A stretch of DNA of 64,000 bases from Patescibacteria group bacterium (GCA_028710985.1 JAQTTB010000001.1:19280-83279); one strand, 5' to 3'. Counted from the first letter of the stretch, positions 1 through 9,593 are shown. Numbers and translations are program-made. The notes: generated from the letters alone by a model not told the origin.

Positions 1-752
1 TTTGATGAAACCGCGCTTTTTTGCGTCCGCTCAACAAGAGACGCGCCGATTTTAAATCCGCGTGCCGCGAGCGCACTGTTCGCCAGTCCGCCCCCGAGTA
101 TGAGCCAATCCGCTTTTTTAACAAATTTTTTTATCAAATTAATTTTTGTGGAAATTTTCGCGCCGCCAAGAACCACAACAAGCGGACGCTTCGAACCCTG
201 TACCGCGCGCTCAAGATTCTCCACTTCATCCGCCAAATCAAACCCGGCATAACTCGGTAAAAACTTTGTCACCGCGGCCACACTCGCGTGCGCCCGGTGC
301 GAGGAGGCAAAGGCGTCATTCACGAAATAATCAAACGGTCGGGCGAGTTCCCGCGCCCAGTTCGCGCTATTTGCTTCTTCTCCGGCGTAAAAACGAATAT
401 TTTCAAGGAGCGTCACCTGGCCGTCCCAGGTTTCCCAGGCGTTGCCAAAAAATTCTGACCCCGGAATCGGAGCGTCGCAGAAATAAACTGATTTTTTTAA
501 AAGCTTCGAAAGCCGTGCTCCGATCGGCCGGAGCGAATATTTTGGGTTCCGCTTTCCTTCGGGCCTCCCAAAATGAGACACGAGCACCACGCCGCCGCCA
601 CGCGCTGTAAGATAACGAATCGTCTTAAGCGAACGCCGAATCTTAGTGTCATCCAAAATACGGCTGTGCGCAATCGGCACGTTGTAATCAACGCGAACTA
701 AAAAAAGCTCGCCCCTAATTTCTTTAATGTCCGTAATTTTTCTGAGTTTCAT
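1..752 (-). CDS. pgk: Phosphoglycerate kinase, N-terminal about 250 aa; the gene continues past the window start
   Basis: Hand translation from the ATG at 752 shows no stop down to position 3. The product (MKLRKITDIKEIRGELFLVRVDYNVPI...VVLVSHFGRPEGK...ENIRFYAGEE...FVNDAFASSHRAHAS...VVLGGAKISTKI...ILGGGLANSA) carries classic PGK motifs. It is not in the supplied ORF track, presumably because it has no stop in the window. Confidence 0.88.
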   Translation of the reverse strand, partial: MKLRKITDIKEIRGELFLVRVDYNVPIAHSRILDDTKIRRSLKTIRYLTARGGGVVLVSHFGRPEGKRNPKYSLRPIGARLSKLLKKSVYFCDAPIPGSEFFGNAWETWDGQVTLLENIRFYAGEEANSANWARELARPFDYFVNDAFASSHRAHASVAAVTKFLPSYAGFDLADEVENLERAVQGSKRPLVVVLGGAKISTKINLIKKFVKKADWLILGGGLANSALAARGFKIGASLVERTQKSAVSS

Positions 753-767
753 GCTGTTATTATATCA

Positions 768-1688
768 CTAGAAAGAGATATTCAAAACCGAAATTTCCGG
801 CGGATCAAAAAGCCTGGCTCTCGGCCCAATCTCTCCAAGTCCTGGTGTGACAAACATATTTTTGCCCTTCCACTCCAGGAGCCCCCGGGCATAAGTCCGC
901 GGCAAATCGGACGGCAATTCAACCACCGAACCGATATAAGGCAGCCTGATTTGACCGCCATGCGTATGCCCGGAAATCAGCAAATCAACTCGGAGCGGCG
1001 CCGGCAGATACCGCACCACGTCCGGATTATGGGCAAGTAAAATCACGCTTTGGCCCGGCCGCTGACCGACCAGTGCGCGGGTTAAATCCATGTTGCCAAA
1101 CCAGTAATCATCCACTCCGGCGATGTAAAATTCCCGACCGCTGATCTTTATCGTTGAACCCTGATTGCGTAAAAATATAATATTTAATTTTTGCAATTTT
1201 TCAACAACCCCGTCAATGCCCCCGCCCTGATAATCATGGTTTCCGGTAACCGCGAACACGCCGAGCGGCGCCTGGAGCTCTCCAAGTTTGGCAAATTTAT
1301 CAATCTGCCCATTGTCAAAAGAAATAAAATCGCCGACCAAAAAAATAATGTCCGGCCGCACGCGATTTACGCGACGCACGACATTGTCAATCAAATATTC
1401 ATCATTATATGGACCGAGATGAAAGTCTCCCAGCACCACGGCCTTAATCATATTCTCCCCGCTTCCGCTGCTGATCGGATAATCATAGTTGCGCGTCACG
1501 ATAAAACGCGGTTCAACGAAACTGCCATAAAAAACCGTGAGCCACGCAATTGCTAATGACAAAACAAAAAAATGAAATAACGCTCTTTTGTTTTTCTTTG
1601 CCCGATCGCGGAGCTCGAGAATACCGGCGCCCGAGGCGATCAAAAAAAAGAAAATTATTCCGTCAAATAGCAGATTTTCCCAACGCAT
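768..1688 (-). CDS. Calcineurin-like metallophosphoesterase with an N-terminal membrane anchor
   Basis: Contains the metallophosphoesterase signature blocks GDFHLG, GDFISFD, GNHDY and GHTHGGQ. The N-terminus (FFFLIASGAGIL) is hydrophobic. Confidence 0.8.
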   Translation of the reverse strand: MRWENLLFDGIIFFFLIASGAGILELRDRAKKNKRALFHFFVLSLAIAWLTVFYGSFVEPRFIVTRNYDYPISSGSGENMIKAVVLGDFHLGPYNDEYLIDNVVRRVNRVRPDIIFLVGDFISFDNGQIDKFAKLGELQAPLGVFAVTGNHDYQGGGIDGVVEKLQKLNIIFLRNQGSTIKISGREFYIAGVDDYWFGNMDLTRALVGQRPGQSVILLAHNPDVVRYLPAPLRVDLLISGHTHGGQIRLPYIGSVVELPSDLPRTYARGLLEWKGKNMFVTPGLGEIGPRARLFDPPEISVLNISF

Positions 1689-1691
1689 AAT

Positions 1692-2699
1692 TTATTTCCT
1701 GATCGCCTTACCGACAACTAGCGCCATTTCCGCGAGCCGGTGAGAATATCCCCATTCATTGTCATACCAGGCAATGATCTTTAAAAGATCTCCGTCAACA
1801 ACTTCGGTCAGGCTTAAATCAACGATCGAAGAATGATCGTTACCAATAAAATCCGACGACACCAGCGGCTCGTCGGTCACGTCAATGATGCCGCGGTAGT
1901 GCGGAGCCCCGGCCATTTTTTTCAAATGACTATTCACCGCCTCGGCGGTTGCTTTTTTCTTCAAGACGAAAGTAAAATCCGCGAGTGAAACCACCGGAAC
2001 CGGCACGCGAATGGACATGCCATCAAACTTGCCCGCGAGCGATTTTATAACCTTGCCGGTCGCGATCGCCGCGCCGGTTGTGGTCGGAATAATATTCTGC
2101 GGAGCGGTACGGGCGCGGCGCAAATCATTATGCGGACCGTCCACCAGCACCTGGTCCGAAGTCATTGCGTGGATGGTGGTCATATACGCCTTCTTGATGC
2201 CCCACTTCGCCTCAACAATCGCCGCAATTGGAGCGATGCAGTTTGTGGTGCATGAAGCATTATCAATTATATCTTCACCCTTATATTGATGCGCGTTCAC
2301 TCCCTGCATGTATGTATTCACTCCCTCGCCCTTGGCCGGCGCCGAAATAATTACCTTCTTCGCACCCGCGCTAAGATGCATCGCCGCCTGCTCTTTTGAG
2401 CGAAAAAAACCGGTGCATTCAAGCACCACATCAACTCCAAGCTTCCCCCACGGTAATTTACTCGGGTCCTTTTCCATGAATGCCCATACCTTCTTGCCGT
2501 CAACCGCGAGCGAATCCTTAGTGCTTGAAATCCTATGCCCCCATTTTCGATAAACCGTGTCGTATTTAAGCAAATGCGCCAGAGTCGCGGTATCAGTAAG
2601 ATCATTAATCGCCACGAACTCTATCCCCTTTTTGTCCCAGCCGGCCTTGAATGTTGTCCGGCCGATCCGACCGAAACCGTTTATTGCTACTTTTATCAT
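1692..2699 (-). CDS. gap: Glyceraldehyde-3-phosphate dehydrogenase, type I
   Basis: Has the N-terminal Rossmann motif INGFGRIGR and the active-site block SCTTNC. Length is 335 aa. Confidence 0.93.
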   Translation of the reverse strand: MIKVAINGFGRIGRTTFKAGWDKKGIEFVAINDLTDTATLAHLLKYDTVYRKWGHRISSTKDSLAVDGKKVWAFMEKDPSKLPWGKLGVDVVLECTGFFRSKEQAAMHLSAGAKKVIISAPAKGEGVNTYMQGVNAHQYKGEDIIDNASCTTNCIAPIAAIVEAKWGIKKAYMTTIHAMTSDQVLVDGPHNDLRRARTAPQNIIPTTTGAAIATGKVIKSLAGKFDGMSIRVPVPVVSLADFTFVLKKKATAEAVNSHLKKMAGAPHYRGIIDVTDEPLVSSDFIGNDHSSIVDLSLTEVVDGDLLKIIAWYDNEWGYSHRLAEMALVVGKAIRK

Positions 2700-2705
2700 A
2701 ATATT

Positions 2706-3326
2706 TTAGTTATTATTAATAAATGAAAAATTATATAAAACGTTATCGAAAATATCTTGAGAATCTTCGTTCAAAACCCGACTAATTAAATCAACCGACC
2801 ACAATTCGCCGTTCCTCAGGACAAATGCGCTCTGGATTACCGACCCGCCTTCCAAATCGGTTGAGGCTTGGATAATCACCGACGGCAAACCGCCGAGCGC
2901 CGCCGGATGGCGCGCGATGAGTGCATAGCTCGGATCGGATGATATATTCTGATTTAAATATTCGCTCACGTATTCATCGAGCCCTAAATCGGTCGTCACT
3001 TTACCCACCACGAGCCGCAAACCTCTCTCCCCCCGTTCCGGGGTCGTATTTGGATCCCAACTCGTGAATACCAAAAAATCCTCTTCTTGACCCTCAAACC
3101 ATTTGGACGGATGCTTAAATGAAATACTCTGATTTTTATAGCTCACAAATTCAATCGGTTCGAGCTCTTCAGATGGTTCCGAAACCGGCGCCTCGACGGA
3201 CAGGGGGGCCGGCAGCGTCTCCATGGCCGGCTCAAGGCGTGATTTTTGGAAAAAATAAAGACCCAGCGCCATGGCCAAAGCCAGGACGACGATGAATATC
3301 ACTCCGGCTCGTTCCGATCCTTTCAT
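2706..3326 (-). CDS. Hypothetical protein with an N-terminal membrane anchor or signal
   Basis: A 206-aa ORF with one N-terminal hydrophobic helix (VIFIVVLALAMALGLYFF). I recognised no motif. Confidence 0.45.
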   Translation of the reverse strand: MKGSERAGVIFIVVLALAMALGLYFFQKSRLEPAMETLPAPLSVEAPVSEPSEELEPIEFVSYKNQSISFKHPSKWFEGQEEDFLVFTSWDPNTTPERGERGLRLVVGKVTTDLGLDEYVSEYLNQNISSDPSYALIARHPAALGGLPSVIIQASTDLEGGSVIQSAFVLRNGELWSVDLISRVLNEDSQDIFDNVLYNFSFINNN

Positions 3327-3406
3327 AATGCATATATTTTATCATAAAACACCGCTATCGCATATACGCAATGGCGGTGTTTATTTATTTCGTATTTATC
3401 TATTAT

Positions 3407-3991
3407 CTATATCGAAATCCGACAAAATCGACGAATTTCCACTTTCTCCCCAAGCGTCACGATCCGGTCATTGATCAAGTCCGCAATCGTCTTATCTTCG
3501 TCCTTTATAAATACCTGGTTCATAAGGCAAACCTCGCTGTAATACTTGGCAAGCTTGCCCTCCATAATTTTATCCATGATTGCTTCGGGTTTTCCTTCGG
3601 CCACGAGTTCTTCGCGGTACATCTCCTTCTGTTTTTCCAGAATCTCCGCGGGAATATTTTCGGGCTTGAGATACAGCGGCTCGGTTGCCGCAACCTGCAT
3701 GGCAATGTCATGCGCCAGTTCTTTGAATATTTCGTTACGGGCAACGAAATCGGTTTCGCAAAGAATCTCAATCATGGCTCCGACCTTGCCGTTTGCATGT
3801 GTATAAGCGTGCACTATTCCTTCCTTCGTCACCCTTTCGGCGCTCTTTTTCGCCGCCTTGATCTGGCCTTTTTTCTTTAAAATTTTCACCGCTTCGTCGA
3901 TATCGCCAGCGGCTTCATCCAGCGCCTTCTTGCAATCAAGCATGCCCGCGCCAGTAATTGTACGCAATTTTACCACTTCTTGTGTTTCCAT
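3407..3991 (-). CDS. tsf: Translation elongation factor Ts, short form
   Basis: Has the N-terminal UBA-like EF-Ts motif LRTITGAGMLDCKKALDEAAGDIDEAVKILKKKG. It lies directly downstream of rpsB in the conserved rpsB-tsf arrangement. Confidence 0.9.
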   Translation of the reverse strand: METQEVVKLRTITGAGMLDCKKALDEAAGDIDEAVKILKKKGQIKAAKKSAERVTKEGIVHAYTHANGKVGAMIEILCETDFVARNEIFKELAHDIAMQVAATEPLYLKPENIPAEILEKQKEMYREELVAEGKPEAIMDKIMEGKLAKYYSEVCLMNQVFIKDEDKTIADLINDRIVTLGEKVEIRRFCRISI

Positions 3992-4012
3992 ATTTTTTAT
4001 TTTTATTAGTGC

Positions 4013-4732
4013 TTATTTTTTACTCTCCGGAGCCGCACCCCGCTTTGCCTCTTCCCGCCCCTCTTTCACCGCCTCGGCAACATACCGGGTCATGAGCTCA
4101 ATTGATTTAACCGCGTCATCATTTGCCGGTATGCAATAAGCAACGCCGGTTGGATCAATATTCGTGTCACAGAGCGCAACCAGTTTGACGCCGCGGTTAT
4201 CGGATTCGGCGCGCGCGGTTTTTTCGTATTTCAGATCAACCACGAAAATCGCATCCGGAATTTTATTGAGTTCCTGGATACCGCCGATTCTCTGGCGCAA
4301 TGTTTCAATCTCGCGCGCGAAAACCAATTGCTCCTTTTTTGTATATTTCTTAAGTTCGCCTTTTTCCTGGCGCTTCTGCAGATCACGGAACTTCCGGAGC
4401 AATATGAGAATCTCACTAAAATTCGTAAGCATTCCGCCGAGCCACCGCTCGGTAAGATACGGCGCCCCGCATTCAATGGCGTAGCGCTTCACGATATCCT
4501 TGGCCTGGCGCTTCGTGCCGAGAAATAGCACGACTCCGCCGCGCGCCACGGTTTGGCGCACGAAATCCAGAGCCTTCTCCAGGTATTTCTGCGTTTCCTC
4601 CAGATTGATGATGTGTACATTATTTCTCGCGCCGAAAATGTACGGTTCGGCTTTGGGATGCCATCGGCCGGTCTGGTGCCCAAAATGCACGCCGGCTTCA
4701 AGCATCTCCAATATTGTTGGTAGTTTTGGCAT
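4013..4732 (-). CDS. rpsB: 30S ribosomal protein S2
   Basis: The N-terminus LEAGVHFGHQTGRWHPKAEPYIFGARNNVHIINLEETQ is a typical uS2 signature. Length is 239 aa. Confidence 0.93.
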   Translation of the reverse strand: MPKLPTILEMLEAGVHFGHQTGRWHPKAEPYIFGARNNVHIINLEETQKYLEKALDFVRQTVARGGVVLFLGTKRQAKDIVKRYAIECGAPYLTERWLGGMLTNFSEILILLRKFRDLQKRQEKGELKKYTKKEQLVFAREIETLRQRIGGIQELNKIPDAIFVVDLKYEKTARAESDNRGVKLVALCDTNIDPTGVAYCIPANDDAVKSIELMTRYVAEAVKEGREEAKRGAAPESKK

Positions 4733-4897
4733 ATTAAAAAAATATTCCTTTTTACCGCTGTCTCGGACTCGCTAAGGGGCCCCGTGGGGCAGGATCTTAA
4801 CTTACTCGCCCAAAACATGAGAGATTAATTAATTTAATTGTGGCTGTATTATATATATAAGCCCCGACCCTGTCAAGAGAGGGGTTGATATGTTAAA

Positions 4898-4975
4898 ATA
4901 GCTTGTAGGAAGTAGCTTGTAGCTTGTAGGACGCGACCTATTAAGATCCTACAAGCTACAAGCTACAAGCTAATA
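4898..4975. promoter_or_regulatory. Perfect inverted repeat forming a hairpin with a 19-bp-or-longer stem and a 15-nt loop, built from tandem AGCTTGT units, in a divergent intergenic region
   Basis: TAGCTTGTAGCTTGTAGGA at 4913-4931 pairs with TCCTACAAGCTACAAGCTA at 4947-4965. Further AGCTTGT / ACAAGCT units extend both arms. It abuts the ATG at 4975. Confidence 0.6.
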
Positions 4976-7071
4976 TGCTCGTCACCCGCACAACCTATCT
5001 CATTACAATTGCCATCCTGATAGTACTGGAGGCCGTCTTCCAGCTATTGTGGCCCAGCCCGCTCTTCGGACTCCTGATATTTGCCGCCGGGCTCGGTCTG
5101 ATCGGGCTGGTTATCGGCGCGCGCCTCCTTCCGAACTGGCGCCGCGCCGAACAGGTGCTTTGGGGCGCAATGTTTGTTTTTTCAATGATTGCGATCGCGG
5201 TCGCGATTTTTTATTATTTCTGGTCCATGAATCCCTTGGCCCTCTCCCTCGCCTGGCTTCCGCCCGCGGTTGCCGGATTCTTTTCTCTGCCAACGCCGAT
5301 CATGATCAATGACGAAGAAAAGAAAAATTCTATTCTTGTAAAAATTCTTTTGGCCGCGCTTTTTATTATCATCACCGCCATCGTCCTCAAGACCGCCGAC
5401 CTGCTCTGGGATTCCGGCACGCTGGAAGCAATCCGCTCGCCATGGACCGTTGTTCCGAAAAACTTTTTTATTCTTTTTTATCTCGCCACTGCCGCCGCTC
5501 TTATCTTTCTCGCGAAATCCAAATCAACAAAATTCGCCTGGCTTACTGCCGGCGCTCTGACGTTCCTGTTTCTGGGCATCAATCTTTTTATTTACAAAAT
5601 CGGCTACGGCTTTGACCCGTTCATCCATCAGGCCACGGAAAAATACCTAGCCGAACACGGCACTATCACTCCAAAGCCGTTCTATTACATCGGCCAATAT
5701 TCATGGGTTGTGTTTTTAAATTACTTTACCCATCTCGGCATCAATCTGCTCGATAAGCTTCTCCTGCCCATCCTCGCAGCCGCCGCGCTGCCGGCCGCGG
5801 TCTATACCGGCCTGCGTCGGGGATTCGGTCTCGCGGAAAGCAAAAGCCGGCTCGCCGCGCTCCTCATCCTTCTCATTCCCCTCTCCTCAATGATCGCGAC
5901 CACGCCGCAGGGGCTCGCCAATCTTTTTACCCTGATAATCATTTTTCTTTCGCTCGCCCATCTCCGTTCCAAAACCCCGCCGCTCATACTTCTCGTTGTT
6001 CTTGCGGCCGCGACCGTGTTCATCCATCCGCTTTCCGGCATTCCGACCGCCATCTATCTCACCCTGATTGTAATAATTAAAATTAAAAAATCAAAAATCC
6101 GGATTCCGCTCGTTGCCGCGGCCGCGGGTTTAGGCGCCATTGCCCTACCCCTGCTTTTTATTTTGAATTCCCTGCTCTCCGGCACGGCGGTTGAAGCCAC
6201 TACCGCGATCCTCCAAAGTCCGGCCGTACTCTTTAGTAATCTCCAATTGCCGGCGTTTTATACCGCGAGCCACTTTTCAAGTATTTTGGATTTTATCTAC
6301 ATCTACGGATACAATCTCGCCTGGATTATTCCGCTCCTTGCCATACTTGCCATTATTTTTATCGCCCGCAAAAAAATTCCGTACTGGTGGCTCGCGCTCG
6401 TGATGTTTGCCATACTGCTGGTCAACTATTTTTTCTTACAAAATGCGGTTGAATTTTCTTTTCTTATTTCCTACGAGCGCGGCGCCTATGCCGAGCGCGT
6501 GCTTGCGCTCGCGCAATTTTTTCTATATCCGTTTTTCATTCTCGGCGTAATCGCCTGGGTTGGCCGGGCCTGGCGCGGACCGTGGGCCGTACGCGCGGTT
6601 ATTATTCTCTTTCTCGCCGCCTGCCTTAGCGCCTCCCTCTATCTCTCCTACCCGCGGCAAGACGCCCTGGAAATCTCAAAGGGCATTAATGTTTCAAAAA
6701 GCGATTTGGCCGCCGTGCAATGGGTTGAACGCGACGCACCGAATGATGAGTTCATCGCGCTCGCGAATCAAACTGTGGCCGCCGCCGCTTTGCATGAATT
6801 TGGATTTAAAAAATATTTTGGCGACAAATTCTACTATCCCATCCCGACCGGCGGCGAACTCTACCAGTATTATCTCAAAATGTCATATGAATCACCCTCG
6901 GCCGTAACCATGCGCCAGGCAATGGACTTGGTCGGAGTAAATTACGGATATTTTATCATCAACGATTATTGGTGGAATTCGGAAAAAATAATTGAAGATG
7001 CTAAACTCCAGGCCGGCTCGTGGCAGGAGATTGACGAAGGGAAAATTTATATTTTCAAATATAAAAAATAA
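4975..7071 (+). CDS. Large polytopic membrane protein with a C-terminal extracytoplasmic domain; candidate GT-C-type glycosyltransferase
   Basis: A 698-aa ORF with more than 12 predicted TM helices, then about 170 aa of soluble C-terminal domain. This architecture is typical of GT-C enzymes. I recognised no catalytic motif, so the function is inference. Confidence 0.4.
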   Translation: MLVTRTTYLITIAILIVLEAVFQLLWPSPLFGLLIFAAGLGLIGLVIGARLLPNWRRAEQVLWGAMFVFSMIAIAVAIFYYFWSMNPLALSLAWLPPAVAGFFSLPTPIMINDEEKKNSILVKILLAALFIIITAIVLKTADLLWDSGTLEAIRSPWTVVPKNFFILFYLATAAALIFLAKSKSTKFAWLTAGALTFLFLGINLFIYKIGYGFDPFIHQATEKYLAEHGTITPKPFYYIGQYSWVVFLNYFTHLGINLLDKLLLPILAAAALPAAVYTGLRRGFGLAESKSRLAALLILLIPLSSMIATTPQGLANLFTLIIIFLSLAHLRSKTPPLILLVVLAAATVFIHPLSGIPTAIYLTLIVIIKIKKSKIRIPLVAAAAGLGAIALPLLFILNSLLSGTAVEATTAILQSPAVLFSNLQLPAFYTASHFSSILDFIYIYGYNLAWIIPLLAILAIIFIARKKIPYWWLALVMFAILLVNYFFLQNAVEFSFLISYERGAYAERVLALAQFFLYPFFILGVIAWVGRAWRGPWAVRAVIILFLAACLSASLYLSYPRQDALEISKGINVSKSDLAAVQWVERDAPNDEFIALANQTVAAAALHEFGFKKYFGDKFYYPIPTGGELYQYYLKMSYESPSAVTMRQAMDLVGVNYGYFIINDYWWNSEKIIEDAKLQAGSWQEIDEGKIYIFKYKK

Positions 7072-7108
7072 AAAAGTACGAGTCGTCTATATGCAACCCG
7101 TACTTTTT

Positions 7109-8275
7109 TTATTTTACCAACTCCAGCAATTTGCTGATATAATTTTCCAGTCCATATTCCGCCACCGTCTTCCGACAGGCCTCGCTCATGCCCGCAAGCC
7201 GCGCCGGATCCGCTATGAACGGCTTAATTTTCGCAAGCAGCTCGTCTTTCGCCCCCGGCGTAAAAGTCCACCCGTTCTCCCCTTGGCGCACGAGCTCCCC
7301 GGCTCCGCCAATGCGCGATACAAGCACCGGCACTCCGGCAGCCAGGCTCTCGGAGATTACGGCCGGCGAATTCTCGTAGCAAAATGACGGCACGATGGCG
7401 AGATCCGCCCCGGAAAAAAGTCGTCCAATCTCTTCACGCGGCCGCGGACCTAAAATATTTATTCGCGCATCGCCCGCGGCGATTTTTTTTATTTCTCCAA
7501 GATCCGAACCACCACCCGCAACCGCAAGATGCCAATCGCCGGGCAGATCCTTAAGGGTTTCAACCAGCCACCGCGCGCCCTTGTGTTTCTCAATCTGGCC
7601 GAGATACAGCAGATTAAGCCCGGGGTGCAATATTTTTTCCGCCATCCCTGCCAGGGGCGCGGGATTCGGCAAAACCTCAACGCGCGAGTCTTTAAAAAAT
7701 CCCTTATTTTTATAAAATTCCGCGAGCCAGCGCGACGGCGAAACAATGAGCCGCGGCGAACCAAAAAGCCGGCGCGAGTACGCTTCCCAGATCTTCCGCA
7801 CGAACGAACGCTCCGCCTTTGCTTCTTCCCCCCAGAGCATGAGTCCGTTCGGCGCAGAAAGCTGAATGTCGTGTGCCACGTGCACCCAGCGCTCGCTCTC
7901 TGCCTTGAGCGCCAAAACTCCGAGCATGCCCAGGCCCCTAAGATTATGGCTTACGATAAGATCCGGCACTTCTTCCCTAATCGCGCGCCGCATCATGCCC
8001 AAACCCGCAAGGCTCATGGCGTCCAGCGCGTGCCAGATCGCGCGCGCCGCAAAACCGTGCTCTCCGATATTTTTATACCAAAAAATATTAAGCGGAAAAA
8101 AGCGGCAAATTTTAATGCCATCCGCCTTGTCGCAGGCAAAACCGCGCGGACCGCTCGAGAGCACCGCCACCTCGTGCCCGGCATCGCGAAACCCGCGCGC
8201 CTGGAGTTCAGCCACCCGCTCGGCTCCGCCCCGCGCCTCGGGCGGATACAAATTTGAGACAATCAGAATCTTCAT
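7109..8275 (-). CDS. Glycosyltransferase family 4
   Basis: The N-terminus MKILIVSNLYPPEARGGAERV and a C-terminal Glycos_transf_1-like block (GGGSDLGEIKK...LAIVPSFCYENSPAVISESLAAGVPVL) are typical of GT4. Confidence 0.8.
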   Translation of the reverse strand: MKILIVSNLYPPEARGGAERVAELQARGFRDAGHEVAVLSSGPRGFACDKADGIKICRFFPLNIFWYKNIGEHGFAARAIWHALDAMSLAGLGMMRRAIREEVPDLIVSHNLRGLGMLGVLALKAESERWVHVAHDIQLSAPNGLMLWGEEAKAERSFVRKIWEAYSRRLFGSPRLIVSPSRWLAEFYKNKGFFKDSRVEVLPNPAPLAGMAEKILHPGLNLLYLGQIEKHKGARWLVETLKDLPGDWHLAVAGGGSDLGEIKKIAAGDARINILGPRPREEIGRLFSGADLAIVPSFCYENSPAVISESLAAGVPVLVSRIGGAGELVRQGENGWTFTPGAKDELLAKIKPFIADPARLAGMSEACRKTVAEYGLENYISKLLELVK

Positions 8276-9420
8276 AATTTAAAATATTGCCCACGCATCT
8301 TCCCGACGATTACCGGCCAGGTAAATTCCGCCTCAATCCTCTCGCGCGCCCGCTCCCCCATTTCTTTTACACTCTCCGGATCCGCGGCCATATCGTTAAT
8401 CGCCTTGGCAAGGCCGTTAACATCCTTCGGCGCCACCAGCGCGCCGGTTCTGCCGTCCTGCACCACATAGCGCACGCCCGGAAGACTGCTCGCGATCACC
8501 GGTTTTCCGCAGGCGCCGGCTTCGAGCGCCACGAGCCCGTAGGCTTCGGATTTATCAACCGAAGGAAATGTGAGCGCGTCGGCCAAATTATAATATTGCG
8601 GCAATTCGCGGTCATCCACTCCCCCGGCAAAAAATACGCGCTCCCCCAGGCCGGCGGAGGCGACGATCTGCTCAAACTCCGGCCGGCGGTCGCCGTCTCC
8701 CACGACAAGCAATTTAATCTTTTTATCTTTGACTGTCTTTACTGCCTCAATCAATTTATCCAGTCCCTTGAAATAATGCGCGCGGTCCAATCCGCCGACA
8801 AAGAGCAGGACAAAATCGCTGGCTAGAATATTATATTTTACGGCGAGCGTCTCCAGCCGGTGGCCGGGCGAAAAAAATTTCTCGTCCACCCCGAGATTTG
8901 AAACCACGAATTTTTCCGGATCCTGAGCCACGAATTTCGCCAGATCCCCGGCCTGGGCGTAATCAAGCGTGGATACAAAAACCTTATCCGCGGCCGCGAG
9001 AATCCGCCGCAAAAATAACCGCCGGTATAATCTGAAAAACAACCCTATTGCTCCCCTTCCTACCGTATCCATATGATACGTAACAACCAGTTTGTTCTTT
9101 TGTTCTTTTGTTCTTTTGTTCTTTTTCCAAAAAAGAGCCGCTTCCGCTCCGCCAAAAAACGGATAGTGCAAATGAACGACATCAAATCCGTCCAGCATGT
9201 CCGCAAGATGCGGCACCCAGGCGGCATTGCCGTAGCGGATGACCGGCTTAAGATAAATTACGTTAAAATCAAACTTCAGCCGCTCGGCTCCCCGGGGCGT
9301 CGGGCAAAACACCGTCACCTCGTCGCCGAGACGCGCGAGCTCGCGCGCGTGCGCGTATGCCACGTTGCCCATACCGCCGCGATAAGGAGGAAATGTCGAT
9401 GTGATTATCGCTATCCTCAT
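8272..9420 (-). CDS. Glycosyltransferase family 4
   Basis: MRIAIITSTFPPYRGGMGNVAYAHARELARLGDEV is typical of GT4. The C-terminus reads VVGDGDRRPEFEQ...FPSVDKSEAYGLVALEAGACGKPVIAS. It overlaps the downstream GT4 gene by 4 nt, which suggests an operon. Confidence 0.8.
   Translation of the reverse strand: MRIAIITSTFPPYRGGMGNVAYAHARELARLGDEVTVFCPTPRGAERLKFDFNVIYLKPVIRYGNAAWVPHLADMLDGFDVVHLHYPFFGGAEAALFWKKNKRTKEQKNKLVVTYHMDTVGRGAIGLFFRLYRRLFLRRILAAADKVFVSTLDYAQAGDLAKFVAQDPEKFVVSNLGVDEKFFSPGHRLETLAVKYNILASDFVLLFVGGLDRAHYFKGLDKLIEAVKTVKDKKIKLLVVGDGDRRPEFEQIVASAGLGERVFFAGGVDDRELPQYYNLADALTFPSVDKSEAYGLVALEAGACGKPVIASSLPGVRYVVQDGRTGALVAPKDVNGLAKAINDMAADPESVKEMGERARERIEAEFTWPVIVGKMRGQYFKL
9092..9123. 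repeat. Four tandem copies of the octamer TTGTTCTT inside the GT4 coding sequence
   Basis: Visible directly as ttgttcttttgttcttttgttcttttgttctt. On the minus strand it encodes the low-complexity stretch KKNKRTKEQKNK. Confidence 0.7.
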
Positions 9421-9450
9421 AAATTAATCAGCTTCGATGCCTTGTTTGGT

Positions 9451-9581
9451 TTAGTCAAAAGTTAAAAGTCAAAAGTCCAAAGTCAAGTCTAAAATTTTTT
9501 AGTCCAATCTCTCCAGCTGAATGTATCTATAACTTTTTGACTTTTAACTCAACTTTTAACTTTAGACTTTAGACTTTTAAC
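9451..9581. repeat. Long imperfect inverted repeat with about 45-nt arms made of iterated AAAAGTC / GACTTTT units, in the intergenic region
   Basis: The left arm TTAGTCAAAAGTTAAAAGTCAAAAGTCCAAAGTCAAGTCTAAAA runs 9451-9494. The right arm CTTTTTGACTTTTAACTCAACTTTTAACTTTAGACTTTAGACTTTTAAC runs 9533-9581. It sits between the stop of the GT2 gene and the start of the GT4 gene. Confidence 0.65.
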
Positions 9582-9593
9582 TACAAAACAAAC

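Noticed and set aside
21-610. Plus-strand ORFs 21..260 and 146..610 (Arg/Pro-rich)
   Set aside because: They are antisense to the clearly recognisable pgk reading frame on the minus strand. They have low-complexity basic composition and no motif. They are most likely spurious.
7529-8257. A 242-aa plus-strand ORF inside the GT4 gene 7109..8275
   Set aside because: It is antisense to a GT4 gene with clear motifs. It is Arg/Pro-rich, as expected from antisense translation of a GC-rich codon frame, and has no recognisable domain.
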